From positions 17,114,001-17,178,000 of the forward strand of contig NC_087437.1 in the NCBI RefSeq assembly GCF_036321535.1: 64,000 bases of DNA. The letters run 5' to 3'. This DNA comes from Camelus dromedarius (taxonomy: Eukaryota). The notes beneath the pieces were generated by a model. The model did not search any database and was not told where the DNA came from. It was given only the letters and a program-made list of their open reading frames with translations. The translations under genes and the position numbers were made by a program. Shown here in pieces: positions 1 to 12,824 of this stretch (its first letter is position 1; every line of letters starts with the position of its first letter).

Positions 1-1892
1 TATTTACACTGCAAAATTTGGTGGTAATGTTATTTCCTGTTTTACACCTTTTCACATTATAAATTGGTTACAATTTCTTGAGTCTTCATTAGTTTTCTAC
101 ACAATTACTCCTTTGTCTTGGCACTTCTCATTTTGAATTTTGCTTCCTTTAATATCTTGTTTACCTTCCTCAATTTGGAACAGTCTCCAAAGTGATACAG
201 ATAACACAAACTGAGTGGTGTATTGCAAGAAAGTATTAGAACTTCTCTTTACTTTTATCTAAAAATAAGAAATAAATTATTACAAATATTAAGTACACAG
301 AATAAGTTTGGTATGTCCTCACTAGGTACATAATTTCAGACTATTTTGTGTCACAGATAGTATTTGAGGTATCTAGGAGAATAAGAAGAGTTATATGCTT
401 TAAGGGACTGATAAATGGAACTCTTCACTGGTTTGTTCATTTTGTAAGTTACTTAAGACACTGCAATGAATTTATGATTTACATTATTTAACTATTCACA
501 AAATGGAAATGCATAGGTTTCTAGAGAAAACAGACACAAAAACAAAAATCTGAATATGTAATCACAAGTGAATAATAAGAAATGGTGGCAATGACACTTC
601 TTGCACAAGCTCTTCTTAGACCACTATAAAAAAGTTAAAGCCATGATGATGATCTAGTAAGATCTGACAAGAAATAACCTAGGAATATGTGCATTTAATT
701 CTATAATAAACTATTATTTCAAACTTCAAACTATTCTATAATAAACAAGAACTACACACGCAGTCAACTGATCACCAAAAATCAAAGGAAAACAAAATCT
801 TTACCTATTTTTATTTATTAGGTGTTTAGGGAATGGACTTAGTTCAGAACTAAGAAGTCTGGAACAATCACCAAGAAGCTACTTCTTAAGCACTGTTCCT
901 ACAAAATAAGAACTCTAACTAGCATGTTGGGAAAAAGTATAGGAAAGATGGAGATGAGAAGAGAAGAATTTTACGTATAAAATTAGCCTTATGATAAGTT
1001 TTCCCTATTACGACTACAGGCTGAAAAGTGTTTTATTGATGGGATGTACGATCAAAAAAAGTTTAAAGACTTTAATTTGGGACTGGAGAAAATTTCACCT
1101 TTCCTTTACAACATTTTGGCATTTATTTATATTTTCTCAGTTTGCATGCTATTTAACCATTGTTACAGTCTTAGTATTTTTAGTATTATGACTAATAAAT
1201 GCTCAAATGAATAAACAAATGAAAAATTCTACACTTAAGTTTAAATAAATTCACAGAAGCATACATAATTCAAAATAAGATGAGAAAAAAGCTACAAATT
1301 GTAATTAGTCATTAAAAAAGAACATAATACAGAAAATCTCTATAATTGTGAGCAAAGCAATACCGTAACACAGATAAGAATTAAAGGCACTAAGTGAATA
1401 CAGTTGACCTCTGAACAACATGGGCTTGAACTGTGTGAGTCCACTCATACACAATTTTTTCAATAAATAATTGAAAATTTTTAGAAGATTTGCGAAAATT
1501 TGAAGAAACTTGCAAACCATATAGCCTATATATCAAAAAAATTAAGAAAATGATATGTTAGGAATGCATAAAATAATATAGATACTATTTATATTATTAC
1601 TACCATGAAATACACATAAATCTATTATAAAAAGGTTAAAATATATCAAAACTTACCTATATAAACACTTACAGACTGTCACATGGCATCATTTGCAGTT
1701 GGGAGAAATGTAAACAAATGTAAAGATGCAATATTAAATCATAACTGCATAAAATTACGTATAGTACAAACTATATTACAGTCATAGTAACTTCCTATTC
1801 CTATTATAGTGAGTATGTGCTTAAAATGCTGTGTGACACCAATCATATCCACGTGAGCAGTGCATTTCTTTAATAAACTGTGTATTGCAGTA

Positions 1893-4800
1893 CATCTCCT
1901 GACCAGGGGCCAAGATGGCAGAGTAGAAAGATCCTGAGTTCACCTCCTCTCAAGAGCACCCCAAAACCACAAATATCTGCAGAACAACCATCTATGAAAA
2001 AAGTCTGAAACCTAACAGAAAAGATTTCTACAACTAAAGACATAAAGAAGGAACCATAACAGGAGGGTAAGAAGGGTGGATTTGTAATATGATTAAGTCC
2101 CATACTCTAGGGTGGGCAAACTGGAGAATATTATATAAGTGCAGGGGTTTGCCCAAAGGAGTAAGAGTTCTGAGCTCCATGTCAGGCTCCCCAGGCCTGA
2201 ACTCCTGTACTGGGAAGATGAGCCCCCAGAGCATGTGATACTCAAGGCCAACAGGGCTCAATTTTGGAATTCCCAATGGACTACAGGGTATAGAGGCTTT
2301 ACCCTTAAGGGCACACACAAAATCTCACACATACTGAGACCCAGGGCCAAACCAGTAATTTTATAGGAGCCTGGGCCTGACTTACCTGCTGGTCTTGGAA
2401 AGTCTCCTGAAGAGGTGGGGAGCAACTGTGGTTCACCCTGAGGACACAGACACCAGCAGTAGCCATATTTGTAAGCTCATTCTGTCCCATGAACACTGCT
2501 GCTAGTGGGTACCATTGTGTGGGATCCTTCCTCTAGCTCATCAGTGCCAAGACCTGGCCCTATCCAAAAGCCTGAAGGCATCAGTGCTGGGACTTCTCAG
2601 GCCAAACTAACTGGCTGAAGATACAGCCCCATCCATCAGCAGATAGGCTGCCTAAAGATTTCCTGATCCTACAGCCACCCCTAGACAGTCCTCTACACAC
2701 AGCCCTGCCCACCAGAGGGCCAAGAACTAGCTCTGGCCAGCAGAGGGAAGGTACTGACTTGCCCTCCAGGAATCCTGCATGAGCCTCACTAAGTAACAGA
2801 CAGATACCAGATGGAAGGAAACCACAAACTCACAGCCTGCCTACAGCAGGCCAGACCCTACCCCAGGACAAGCTGAGCCTTGGCCTGGTCCAACAGCAGG
2901 CCAACACAAGCTTTGGGACAACCTGGACCCCATAACCAACTGTGTCGGGAACTACCCCTGCCTCCAAACACAAACACACACACCCTCCAATGATCTGAAA
3001 CAAGGTTTGGAATCCTTAGGCCCTGCAGCCAGACTCCAGGACCTGACTCTGTCTGTCAGTCGTCCCTCACTAACCCCAGGACCTGGCTTCACCTACCAAT
3101 AGGGAAGCAACAGACCAGAGTGTTCTGGACCCTGACTCCTCCCACCAGTGAACCAACACTAGTCCCAGGGCCCCCAAGTTTCTGCAGTCAGTAACTTCAT
3201 GACCACACCCCACTAACTAGCAGCCAGCAAGATCCGCACAAGGCAGGGCCTGGCAACCAACTGGGCTAGGGCCAATCAAGCCTACCTGACACCCACATAG
3301 TCTGCCACAACATAGGGATCCTCATAGCCCTCTTAGAGGGTATCCCTAGAGCATATAGCTTGGGTGACGAGAGGGGAGTTACTGTAGGGATGCATAAGAC
3401 TATTACAGGGCCCCTTCCCCAAGGTCGAGGAACATACGCCAGACAAAGGAACGAGATAAAACCACAGAAGACAAACTAAGTGAACTGGAGATAGGCAATC
3501 TACTCGAGAAAGAGTTCAGAATAAAGATCATAAAGATGATCAAAGAACTCTGGAGAAGAAAGGATGCACAGAATGAGAAGTTAGAATTTTTCAAGAAAGA
3601 GTTAGGAAATATAAAGAACAAACAGAGATGTAGAATATAATAATAGAAATAAAAAATACACTAGAAGAAATCAATTAGTAGAAGAAACGATACAGAGGAA
3701 TGGATCAGTGAGCCAGAAGACAGAGTAGTGAAAATCACTGATGCTGAATAGAAAAAAGAAAAAAGAAGGAAAAGAAATGAGGACAGTTTGAGACCTCTAG
3801 GACAACATCAAGCGCACTAATGTTCACATAATAGGAGTCCCAGAGGGAAAAAAGAAAGAAAAAGGGCCAGATAACATATTTGAAAATTTAATAGCTGAAA
3901 AGTTCCCTAACCTGGGAAAGGAAACAGTCACCCAAGTCCAGGAAGCTCAGAGAATCCCATACAAGATTAATTCAAAGAGGAACACACTAAGACACACTGT
4001 AATCAAAATAACAACAATTAAAGATAAAGAGAGGATATTAAAAGCTACAAATAACATACAGCAAAACTCCCATAAGGCTATCAGTTGATTTTTCAGCAGA
4101 AATTCAGCAGACCAGAAGGGAGCGGCATGACAGACATAAGGTGATTAAGAAGAAAAACATACAACCAAGAACTCTACCTAGCAAGGCTCTCCTTCAGAGT
4201 TGATAGTGAGATCAAAAGCTTAACAGACAAGCAAACTCTGAAAGAATTTAGCACCACCACAAATGTTAAAGGAACTTATTTAGACGAAAAAAGAAAAGAC
4301 GACAACTAGAAACATGAAAATTACAAAATGAAAAAGCTCACTGGTAAAGGCAAACAGACAGTAAAGGCAGGAAATCATCCACACAAAGCTAGAAGGGAGA
4401 TTAAAAGACAAAAGTAGTAAAATCATCTATATTCCCAATAAGCAGGTAAGGGATACACAAATCAATTTAACGTAAAATATGATATCAAAACCTGTAACTG
4501 TCATGGGAGGAGAGTACAAATGCAAGGTTTAACAAATGCATTTGAAATTAAGAGATCAGCAACTTAAAACAATCACAGATATATATATATATATATAGAC
4601 TGCTGTACAAAAATCTCATGGTAACCACAAATCAAAAATCTGTAATAGGTATACACACAAAAGAAAAGGGAATCCAAATGTAACACTAAAGATAGACATC
4701 AGATCATAAGAGAAGAGAACAAAAGAAGAAAGGAAAAAAAAAGACCTCAATAAAATGGCACTAAGAACATACATATCGATAATTACCTTAAATATAAATG

Positions 4801-6720
4801 AACCAAATGCTCCAACAAAAAGACATAGAGTGGCTGAATGGACGCAGAAATCAGACATGAATATATGCTGCCTACAAGAGAGTCACCTCAGATCTAGAGA
4901 CACAAAAACAGATTGAAAGTGAGGGGATGAAAAAAGGTATTTCATGCAAATGGAAATCAAAAGAAAGCTAGAGTAGCAATACTTGTTATTAGATAAAATA
5001 GACTTTAAAGTAAAGAAAGACACGACATAATGATCCAGGGATCAATCCAAGAAGTAAACATATACACACCCAACAGAGAAGCACCTAAATATATAAGGCA
5101 AATATTAATGGACATAAAAGTAGAAATTGACAGTAAAACAATAATAGTAGGGGTCTTTAACACACCACTTACATCAATGAATAGATCATCAATACAGAAA
5201 ATCAGTAAGGAAACACTGGCCTTAAATGACACATCAGACCACATGGACTTAATTGACAAATCCATCCAAAAGCTCAGAAAACACATTCTTTTCAAGTGCA
5301 CCTGGAATATTCTCCAGGATAGATTGATCACATGCTGGGGCACAAAACAAGCCTTTGTAAATTTAAGAAAACCGAAATTATATCAAGTACGACTGGAAAA
5401 CCAACCACAATACTATGAGACTACAAGATTAAAAAAAACTGCAAAGAGCCACAAACATGTGGAGGCTAAACAATATGCTTGCTACTAAACAACCAATGGA
5501 TCACTGAAGAAATCAAAGAGGAAATCAAAAATACCTAAGACAAATGAAAATGAAAACACAATCCTCCAAAACCTAGGGGACACAGCAAAGGTAGTTCTAA
5601 GAGGAAGTTTATAGCGATACAAGCTTATCTCAGGAAGCAAGAAAAATCTCAGTGTAAAGTTATTTAACCTAATCTTACACCTAAAGCAATTAGAGAAAGA
5701 AGAACAAACAAAACCCAAAGTTAGTAGAAGGAAAGAGATCATAAAGATCATAGCAGAAATAAATGAAATAGAGACTAAAACAGCAACAGAAAAGATCAAT
5801 GAAATTAAAAGCTGGTTCTTTGAAAAGATAAACAAAACTGATAAACTTTTAGCCAGACTCATGAAGAAAAAAAAGGGGACAAGGTTCAAATCAATAAAAT
5901 CAGAAATGAAAAAGGAGAAGTTACAATCATCACCACAAAAATACAAAGGATCATAAGAGACTACTATGAGCAACTATAAAATAAAATGGACAACCTAGAA
6001 GAAATGCTCAAATTCTTAGATAGGTACAATCTCCCAAGATTGAATCAGGAAGAAACAGAAAATATGAACATACCAATTACCAGCAGTAAAACTGAAGCAG
6101 TAATTAAAAACTCCTAACAAACAAAAGTCCAGGACTAGATGGCTCCATAGGTAAATTCTATCAAACATTTAGAGAAGAGTTAATACCTATCCTTCTCAAA
6201 TTATTCCAAAAAATTGCAGAGAAAAGAACATTTCCAAACTCATAAATGAGTCCAGCATCACCCTGATACCAAAACCAGACAAAGATATCACATAAGAAGG
6301 AAAATTAGAGGCCAATATCACTCATGAATATAGATGCACAAATTCCTCAACAAAATATTAGCAAAATGAATCCAACAATACATTAAAAGGATCATATACC
6401 ATGATCAAGTGGGATTTATACCAGGGATGGAAGGATTTTTCAGTATGTATACATCAGTCAATTGACACACAACATTAACGAATTGAAGAATAAAAACCAT
6501 ATGATGAATCTCAATAGATGCAGAACAAACTTCTGACTCACAGATACAGAGAACAAAGTAGTAGTTACCAGTGGGGAAGGGAATTTGGTAAGGGCAATAT
6601 ATAGGGATACAGGATTTAAGAAAAAAAGGGTTATTATGGGATTATATGAAATCATGTGTGTGAAACTTTTGAAAACTGTAAAGCACTACAGAATTTAAAG
6701 AATCCTCCATTCAATTAAAA
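1893..6720 (+). mobile_element. LINE-1 with intact 5' end, ORF1 and 5' half of ORF2, fused directly to its 3' terminus (internally deleted), inserted in Tigger2
   Basis: 5' start ggggccaagatggcagagtagaaag (~1906) and GC-richer 5'UTR to ~3430. ORF1 remnants follow, then the ORF2 ATG at 4755 and endonuclease peptide (ORF 5030-5488, NIYTPN..APKYIRQIL..GVFNTPL). The sequence jumps to the 3'UTR at ~6537 and ends in a short A-tail at ~6717. Tigger2 sequence is continuous across it (gcagta|aaaagtga). Confidence 0.9.
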
Positions 6721-6792
6721 AAAGTGAACTTTCACTGTTCTTGCATATTTTTCACCATGTTTAATACAATATCATAAACCTCGAATAACACC

Positions 6793-8705
6793 ATGAGACC
6801 CACACAAAGTGATGCTGGAAGAACTCTCAAGAAGCAGAGAAAACTCATGACATTCCAAGAAAAAGTTGCGTTGCATGCATAGTCACCATGTACTATGGAT
6901 TGAGGTCTGCAGCTGTGGTTGCCTGCCATTTCAAAATAAATAAATCCAGTACAAGGACCATTGTAAAAAAAAAGAAAAGAAACTTTGTGAAGACATCATT
7001 GTAGCTATATCAGCAGGCACAAAAACCTTGTATTTTGTGAAATACCTTTTAATTTCATATTGAAAATGCAGCTTTTATGTGGGTGCAGAACTGTTTTACA
7101 AAAGGCAAACCTACAGCTCTAAGTCAAGAAAAGGCAGAGTCATTAAATGAAAATGTAAAGAGAAAGGAAGGTAAAAGATACAAAGCTGGAGAATTTAATA
7201 CCGGCAAAGGATGTTCTGATAATTTCAGAAACAGGGTTTGGTTTAAACTATGTCAAGATAACAGGAGAAGCAGATTCTGCTGACCAAGAGGGAGATAAGT
7301 TCCCACTCTCCACTAAGAAAATCATTGAGGAGAAAAGATATCTAACTGAACAGTGATGCAAGTGCCCTATTTGGGAAAAAAAAACTGCCACAAAGGACAT
7401 TATTGGTAAGGGGGAAGCAAGTAAGCAAGCTAGTAAGGCAGGATGGAATAGGCTAACTATACTTTTTGTGCAAATGCAGTTGGGTTTATGATCAAAACGG
7501 TTCTTATCTATAAAGCTACTAACCCCTAGCCTTAAAGAGAAAACGTAAATACCAGCTACCAGTCTTTTGGCTGTACAACAGAAAGGCATGAACAAGAACC
7601 CTTTTTCTCCACTGGTTCCATTGATGCTTTGTCCCTGAAGTCAGGAAGTACCTTGCCAGTAAGGGTCTCACTTTTAAAGTTCTTTTGATATTAAACAATA
7701 CCCCTGGCCACCCAGAACCCCATGAGTTCAACACTGAAGGTGCTGAAGTGGTCTACTTGCCCCCAACACAATGTTTCTAATTCACCCTCTAGATCAGAGA
7801 GTCATAAGGAACCTTAAGGCTCGTTACACATGGTACTCTTTGGAAAGGATTGTCGATGCTATTGAGGAGAACCCCGTAAGAGAGAACATGATGAAAGTCT
7901 GGCAGGATTATACCACTAAAGGTGCCATTGTTGTTACAGAAAAAGCTGTAAAAGCTGTCAGGCCTGAAACAATAAATTCCTGCTGGAGAGAAATTTTGTC
8001 CAGATGGTGTGTATGACTTCACAGTACTTACAACAGAGCTGATCAAAGAAATCATGAAAGAGATTGTGGATATGACAGAAAAGGCTGGGGTAGGGGGGAA
8101 AGGGTGAAGGGGAGGGGATGAAGGGTTTAAAGATATGGATCTTGAATTTGACACAACATTGTAAAATGACTATACCTCAATTAAAAAAAAAAGTTTAAAT
8201 AAATAAATAAATAAAAATAAAGATATGGATCTTGAAGAAATTCAAGCAGTAACAGACACCACACCAAAGGAATTAAATGAAAATGACAATGGAGATGAGT
8301 GCCTTTGAACCAGTGCCACGTAATGAGGAAGATGACATAGAAGAAACAGTTCTAGAAAACAAACTGACATCAGACAATCTGGTAGGAGGGTTCTGCTTAT
8401 TCAAGATTGGTTTTGACTTTTTTTTACAACATAGACTCTTCTGTGATATAGGCACTGAAACTAAGAATTGGTACACATAGAAGCATTTTTATAGAAATGA
8501 AAAAGTAAAAGTCAGACAAATTATAATGTATTTTTGTAAAACTATACCAAATATGCCTGCTTCTTCTGCCTACCCTTCCACTTCTTTCACCTATTCCACC
8601 TCTGCCATTCCTGAGACAACAGGACTGAACTCTCTTCCTCAGCACAATGGATGTGAAAATGAGGATGAAGACCTTTCTGATGATCCACTTCCAATAAAGG
8701 AATAG
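6793..8705 (+). pseudogene. Decayed Tigger2 transposase (HTH/CENP-B-like plus DDE), frameshifted
   Basis: Start region encodes ...KKQRKLMTFQEKV. Recognisable motifs KVLLILNNTPGHP (~7675-7715) and LIHPLDQRVIRNLKARY (ORF 7771-8016). Many stops and frameshifts. Confidence 0.85.
8147..8217 (+). mobile_element. Very short 5'-truncated young L1 3' end (~35 nt plus A-rich tail)
   Basis: Perfect 19-bp TSD taaagatatggatcttgaa (8128-8146 and 8218-8236). The body ttgacacaacattgtaaaatgactatacctcaatt resembles the L1 3' ends at ~29325 and ~60860. Confidence 0.9.
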
Positions 8706-10883
8706 TAAATAATCATCATGCCATATAATTAATAAATGTATCTATTGTGTATGTGTCTTCATGTAAAATACAGTAACTGTATGGCAATAACTTTACGAGA
8801 CTTTTTTGTGTCATCACTGCCTAAGTATTCACTGTGTAGAAAATTGTGTGCAAGACTTCTATTGAAGTGGATACCCTATCCTTATATAGGCATAAGGTGA
8901 GTAATTTTTAATAAAAAATTAATACTGTACTGCTTTTCTTACTATTTTATAACTTTGCTTTCAAAGAATTACATTACTGTGCAGTATTCCTCTTAGTTGA
9001 AGACACTGTGTATCAGCCTGTCATCACATGTAAGTAATTTATGAAAAAAGTAACAATGTTTTCAATATTGTATTATGAATATGACTGTAATATGGTATGC
9101 CATAAAAAATTTAACAATTCATTCATTAGTGTAAAGGCTAGGCTACTGTGAAACAATTTTTTATCAGTTACACTCAGCTACCACAAAGCAATCGTATTGC
9201 TGGTTTCCTAACAATGCATAAATCATACTTGTAAATAAATATGAATTACTTTTTCACATTATCTTTTCATTTTTGATGTGTAGTGTAAGTAATGCATATA
9301 ACATCTATGGAGTTTTGTATCATATAAGACAATACTAATATAGGTGCTGACAGACAGATGATTCATCTTATAAAGAGGTGGTAGGAACTTATAGTAACAA
9401 TAAATACAGTACAATACTGTAAATGTGTTTCCCCTTCTTTATGATTCTTAATAACATTTTCTTTTCTTCAGCTTACTTTATTGTAACAACACAGTACATA
9501 ATACATATAACATACAAAATATGTGATCATCAACTGTTCATGTTATTGGTAAGGTTTCCAGTCAACAGTAGGCTATTAGTAGTTAAGTTTTGGGGGAGTC
9601 AGAAAGTTTTATGAGGGTTTTCAGCTACATGGAAAGTCTGAGTCCCTAATACCCGTGTTGTTCAAGGGTCAGCTGTACATCAAATGTGTTGTATTGCAAA
9701 GGTTTCCCTTCATGGATGTCACACTTAAATATATGAAAACTACATAAACTAAACTTTGGGAAACATACCTAAGAATTTATATATGGAAATCTGATTCTAA
9801 TAATGTGGAAAAGAAATACTATTACATTTTGCCTTATCTCCCAGCAACTGGCTGCAATAGGAATCAAGTGTATATACAGACTCTGAAGAGCTATACACTG
9901 CTCTGGGAATTAATATACTTCTAAATCAGGGTGATATTACAATCACAAAGCACTTTTGGCTAGGTGCAAATTTATACAGCTTTAAAAAAGGTTATCTAAT
10001 AACTGATTATAAGCAGTTTGTAATAAGGAATAGAAGCTACAGTATACTACTTTTTCAGGCAATAACTTACTCTTGGACCACCTTATCCAAATGACCTTAA
10101 ACTCATGTCATCTTTACTATAATATAATATATTCATTCATTACACAAAATTTTAATGGCTACTCCCTGTGAACTAGGCATTTTTCTAGGCTTTTGGGATC
10201 TAATGGTTCTTGTCATTAATTCTTTCAGAATTTCATCACAAAACATAACTCACCAAAACTAACCTTCCACTTCCAGTGGACTAAATAACCTATATAATAT
10301 TTTGAAGGGAAAAAACAACTCAATAAAACTCTATACATTTAACAATATGCATGCATTTAAGCAGTTTCTTGAATATACAGTACAAAAAGATCAGTATCTT
10401 AAAGTGCTTGAAGATAAAATAGATAGCCTTAGAGAATATCTAATAATAATTCTGCTTTAAATGAAAATGTTCTAATAATAATCAAAACTGTTAGATATAC
10501 TGTAAAAAATCAAAACAATGACTTTTAAAAGTCTTTGATTAGGTCAATAATCTCAAATATTGGTATAAAAATATTTAGGAATACAAAACAAATACCTTTT
10601 GAATAACTATATTTGCTACATTTCATTTATTGTCAGTTTTCATAAGATTTTACTATTTTTCTTGACAATATTCACAGGAATATTTTCTTAGGTATACCAT
10701 GACCTTCCTTTCGCTGAGTTCATTTTCCTCTAGTTATTTCGAAATCTTACTACAAAGAAGTGATTTCCTGTTATTATGCATTTTCACACTGTATTCATTT
10801 CTGTTTCCCCCTCATTCTATTCTCAAATATGAAGTATTTTTATAACTTAAATCTTGGTTTCCTCTTTTTATTTCCCTTATAAT

Positions 10884-11056
10884 AATGTTCTCAGCAGTTG
10901 ATATACATTAGAATCACCTGGCAAGCTTTGAAAAAAATCCCCATATCCAGGTCACATGTCTTACAAATTAAATCAAAATGTCTGGGGGATGTGGGAAGAA
11001 GCCAGGCATCAGTATCCCCATGTGATGTTAATGTACAGCAGTATTTGGCAACTACT
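10884..11056. mobile_element. MER5A1-like hAT-Charlie MITE
   Basis: gttctca..tacattagaatcacctgg..aattaaatcaaaat..ccaggcatcagtat..gtgatgttaatgtacagc resembles the recalled palindromic MER5A1 consensus. Confidence 0.65.
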
Positions 11057-11299
11057 ACCTTAAACTCTTAATAATCATCCCATCATGTGCGGGTACTGTG
11101 AAGGTCCAAGATGCCTTCTACTTATTAATCTACGACCTGAATCACCTGTTTTACAAGCCTGGTATGGCAGTTAGTATATTAGTTGGTGTGTAAATGTACC
11201 ACTTGCACCTTAATCTGGCTTTGTTATCTTCCATTTGCTACATAAAAACTCATGAAGTAACAACCAAAAATTATTTTTTTTAGTGAAAATTAGTCCCAC

Positions 11300-11558
11300 A
11301 AAAATGTTTCAGAATTTATGAGATATTGAATTTTAGAAGTTAATATAGTGTATACAGCTTATATTCCACCATACCTCAACAGAATCTCGGGTAGCCCCTT
11401 ACAATTAGTAACATTAATATTTAACAGCAATACGTATACATATTTACACTGAATGGGATAAATAAAAACTATAAATAGCCTCATGTTAGCTGAAGCCAGT
11501 TTTTGGAATTTCAGAGCTTTCTGGATTACAGAAATGAAGACAAGCGATTACAGAGTAT
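11300..11558 (+). mobile_element. MER46C-like TcMar-Tigger MITE
   Basis: The motifs gggataaataaaaactataaatagcctca and tttcagagctttctggatt resemble the recalled MER46C consensus. Confidence 0.65.
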
Positions 11559-12151
11559 ATCTTCATAGGTGACAATGTAAAGTCTCCCCTACCTCCCATG
11601 AAATGTGACTAAATAGTCTGAAAGCCACTGACAGAATGTTTCTGTAAAGAGATACGTGAAAATGTTTTGGCAGTGCTGCTAGAGTAAAGGTGAACATCTG
11701 ATGAGAAAGACATACACTGAGCAACATGTGTTTAAGTTTATGCTTTATCATGTGTTCGTAGTACTTTTTTCAATTAAAAATAATACTACTACTACTAATA
11801 ATAAAAAGCCTGAGCCTATTCCCCTGAAAGGTGGACCTAGAAGAAAACCAACCTTTGTTGTTAGTGTTGAAAGTCAAGAAAAAGGAACACCTACCAGAAA
11901 ATGCAAATCTTAATTAAATCAAAGGGAAGAATGTTAAAGCTGGAATTAACTGTAGTCTAAAGCATGACGTGAATTAATGCTCACCATAAATACAACACAG
12001 AAATAAATCTGTACAAGTGTTTCAACATCTGCAATCAGTGTAAAACTGTTTGAAAATGGAAAACCATGCAGAAAAAATGATTTCTACACGATTAAATTGT
12101 GAAGACTAGCAAAGAAAACTTGTATTCTAAATGGAAATCAGAGTATTTCAA

Positions 12152-12436
12152 GCAGAGTGTCCCAAACAGAAGTTTTATACACACAGAAAATGGGGAGGGG
12201 TAGGGCAGTGTCAGGAATCCATGTAAAATAATTTTGGGAATTCTAAATTAAATAAAGTTAAGCAAATTTTTCTCCATTAGGATTCCTAAGAATCTTAAAT
12301 AAGATAATGTGCTTTGACAAACTCTAAGGTAGGTGTAATAGGCAGCCTGTCACAATTCCTTGAACTCCAAACCCTTTTTTCTTTAAAGCATTTAATAGGA
12401 CCAGAATTCCACAGAACATGAAACTGTTGGAAATGC
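12152..12436. mobile_element. Old hAT-Charlie MITE (MER103C-like)
   Basis: Degenerate similarity to the recalled consensus (ttgggaa..aaataaagttaagcaa; aacccttttt; ccacagaaca..ttggaaatgc). Confidence 0.45.
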
Positions 12437-12747
12437 ATTTACAAATTAAGGAATTTTAGATGGTACTGAAGAATGAATGTCAAGGATCAACTTCTACCTT
12501 CTACCATTAATTTTCTTATCCTTAGCAGCTATCAGTCATTATTCAGTGCTTCTACTTCCATGCAATGTAATACATTTCCCAAAGATGATTAATTTTGGAA
12601 TTAGTAGCATGAATTATCATATAAATGAGAAAGTAGTATATCTTCTCTTATGCTAAACAGCAAATCAAAACAAAACTTAAAATAATCAACATTCACCATT
12701 TACAAGTGTAAGCAGGCAATCTGTATAAATACTGAAATGCTATATAC

Positions 12748-12824
12748 CTCATCAAATTCTTCAGTCATTTTTCTGATGATTTCTGCATTCTGCATATTTC
12801 GAAACATCTCTATTCTCACAGTAC
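12748..12824 (-). CDS. STAG1: STAG1 internal coding exon, 77 nt, probably equivalent to human exon 6 (missed by the ORF track)
   Basis: The minus strand reads tgttccacag|GTACTGTGAGAATAGAGATG...TTTGATGAG|gtatat and encodes (G)[25 protein letters not shown]. It continues the 46628-46724 exon exactly in frame (phase 1 to 0). Confidence 0.96.

Larger units (their letters stand above)
1401..9675 (+). mobile_element. Complete Tigger2-family (TcMar/pogo) DNA transposon, interrupted by two L1 insertions
   Basis: 24-bp TIRs: cagttgacctctgaacaacatggg (1401-1424) and cccgtgttgttcaagggtcagctg (9652-9675). TA target duplication at 1399-1400 and 9676-9677. Internal degenerate transposase. Confidence 0.93.

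Noticed and set aside
6793..8705. Domesticated Tigger-derived (TIGD-like) gene
   Set aside because: The transposase is fragmented (longest sense ORF 81 aa) and interrupted by an L1 stub.
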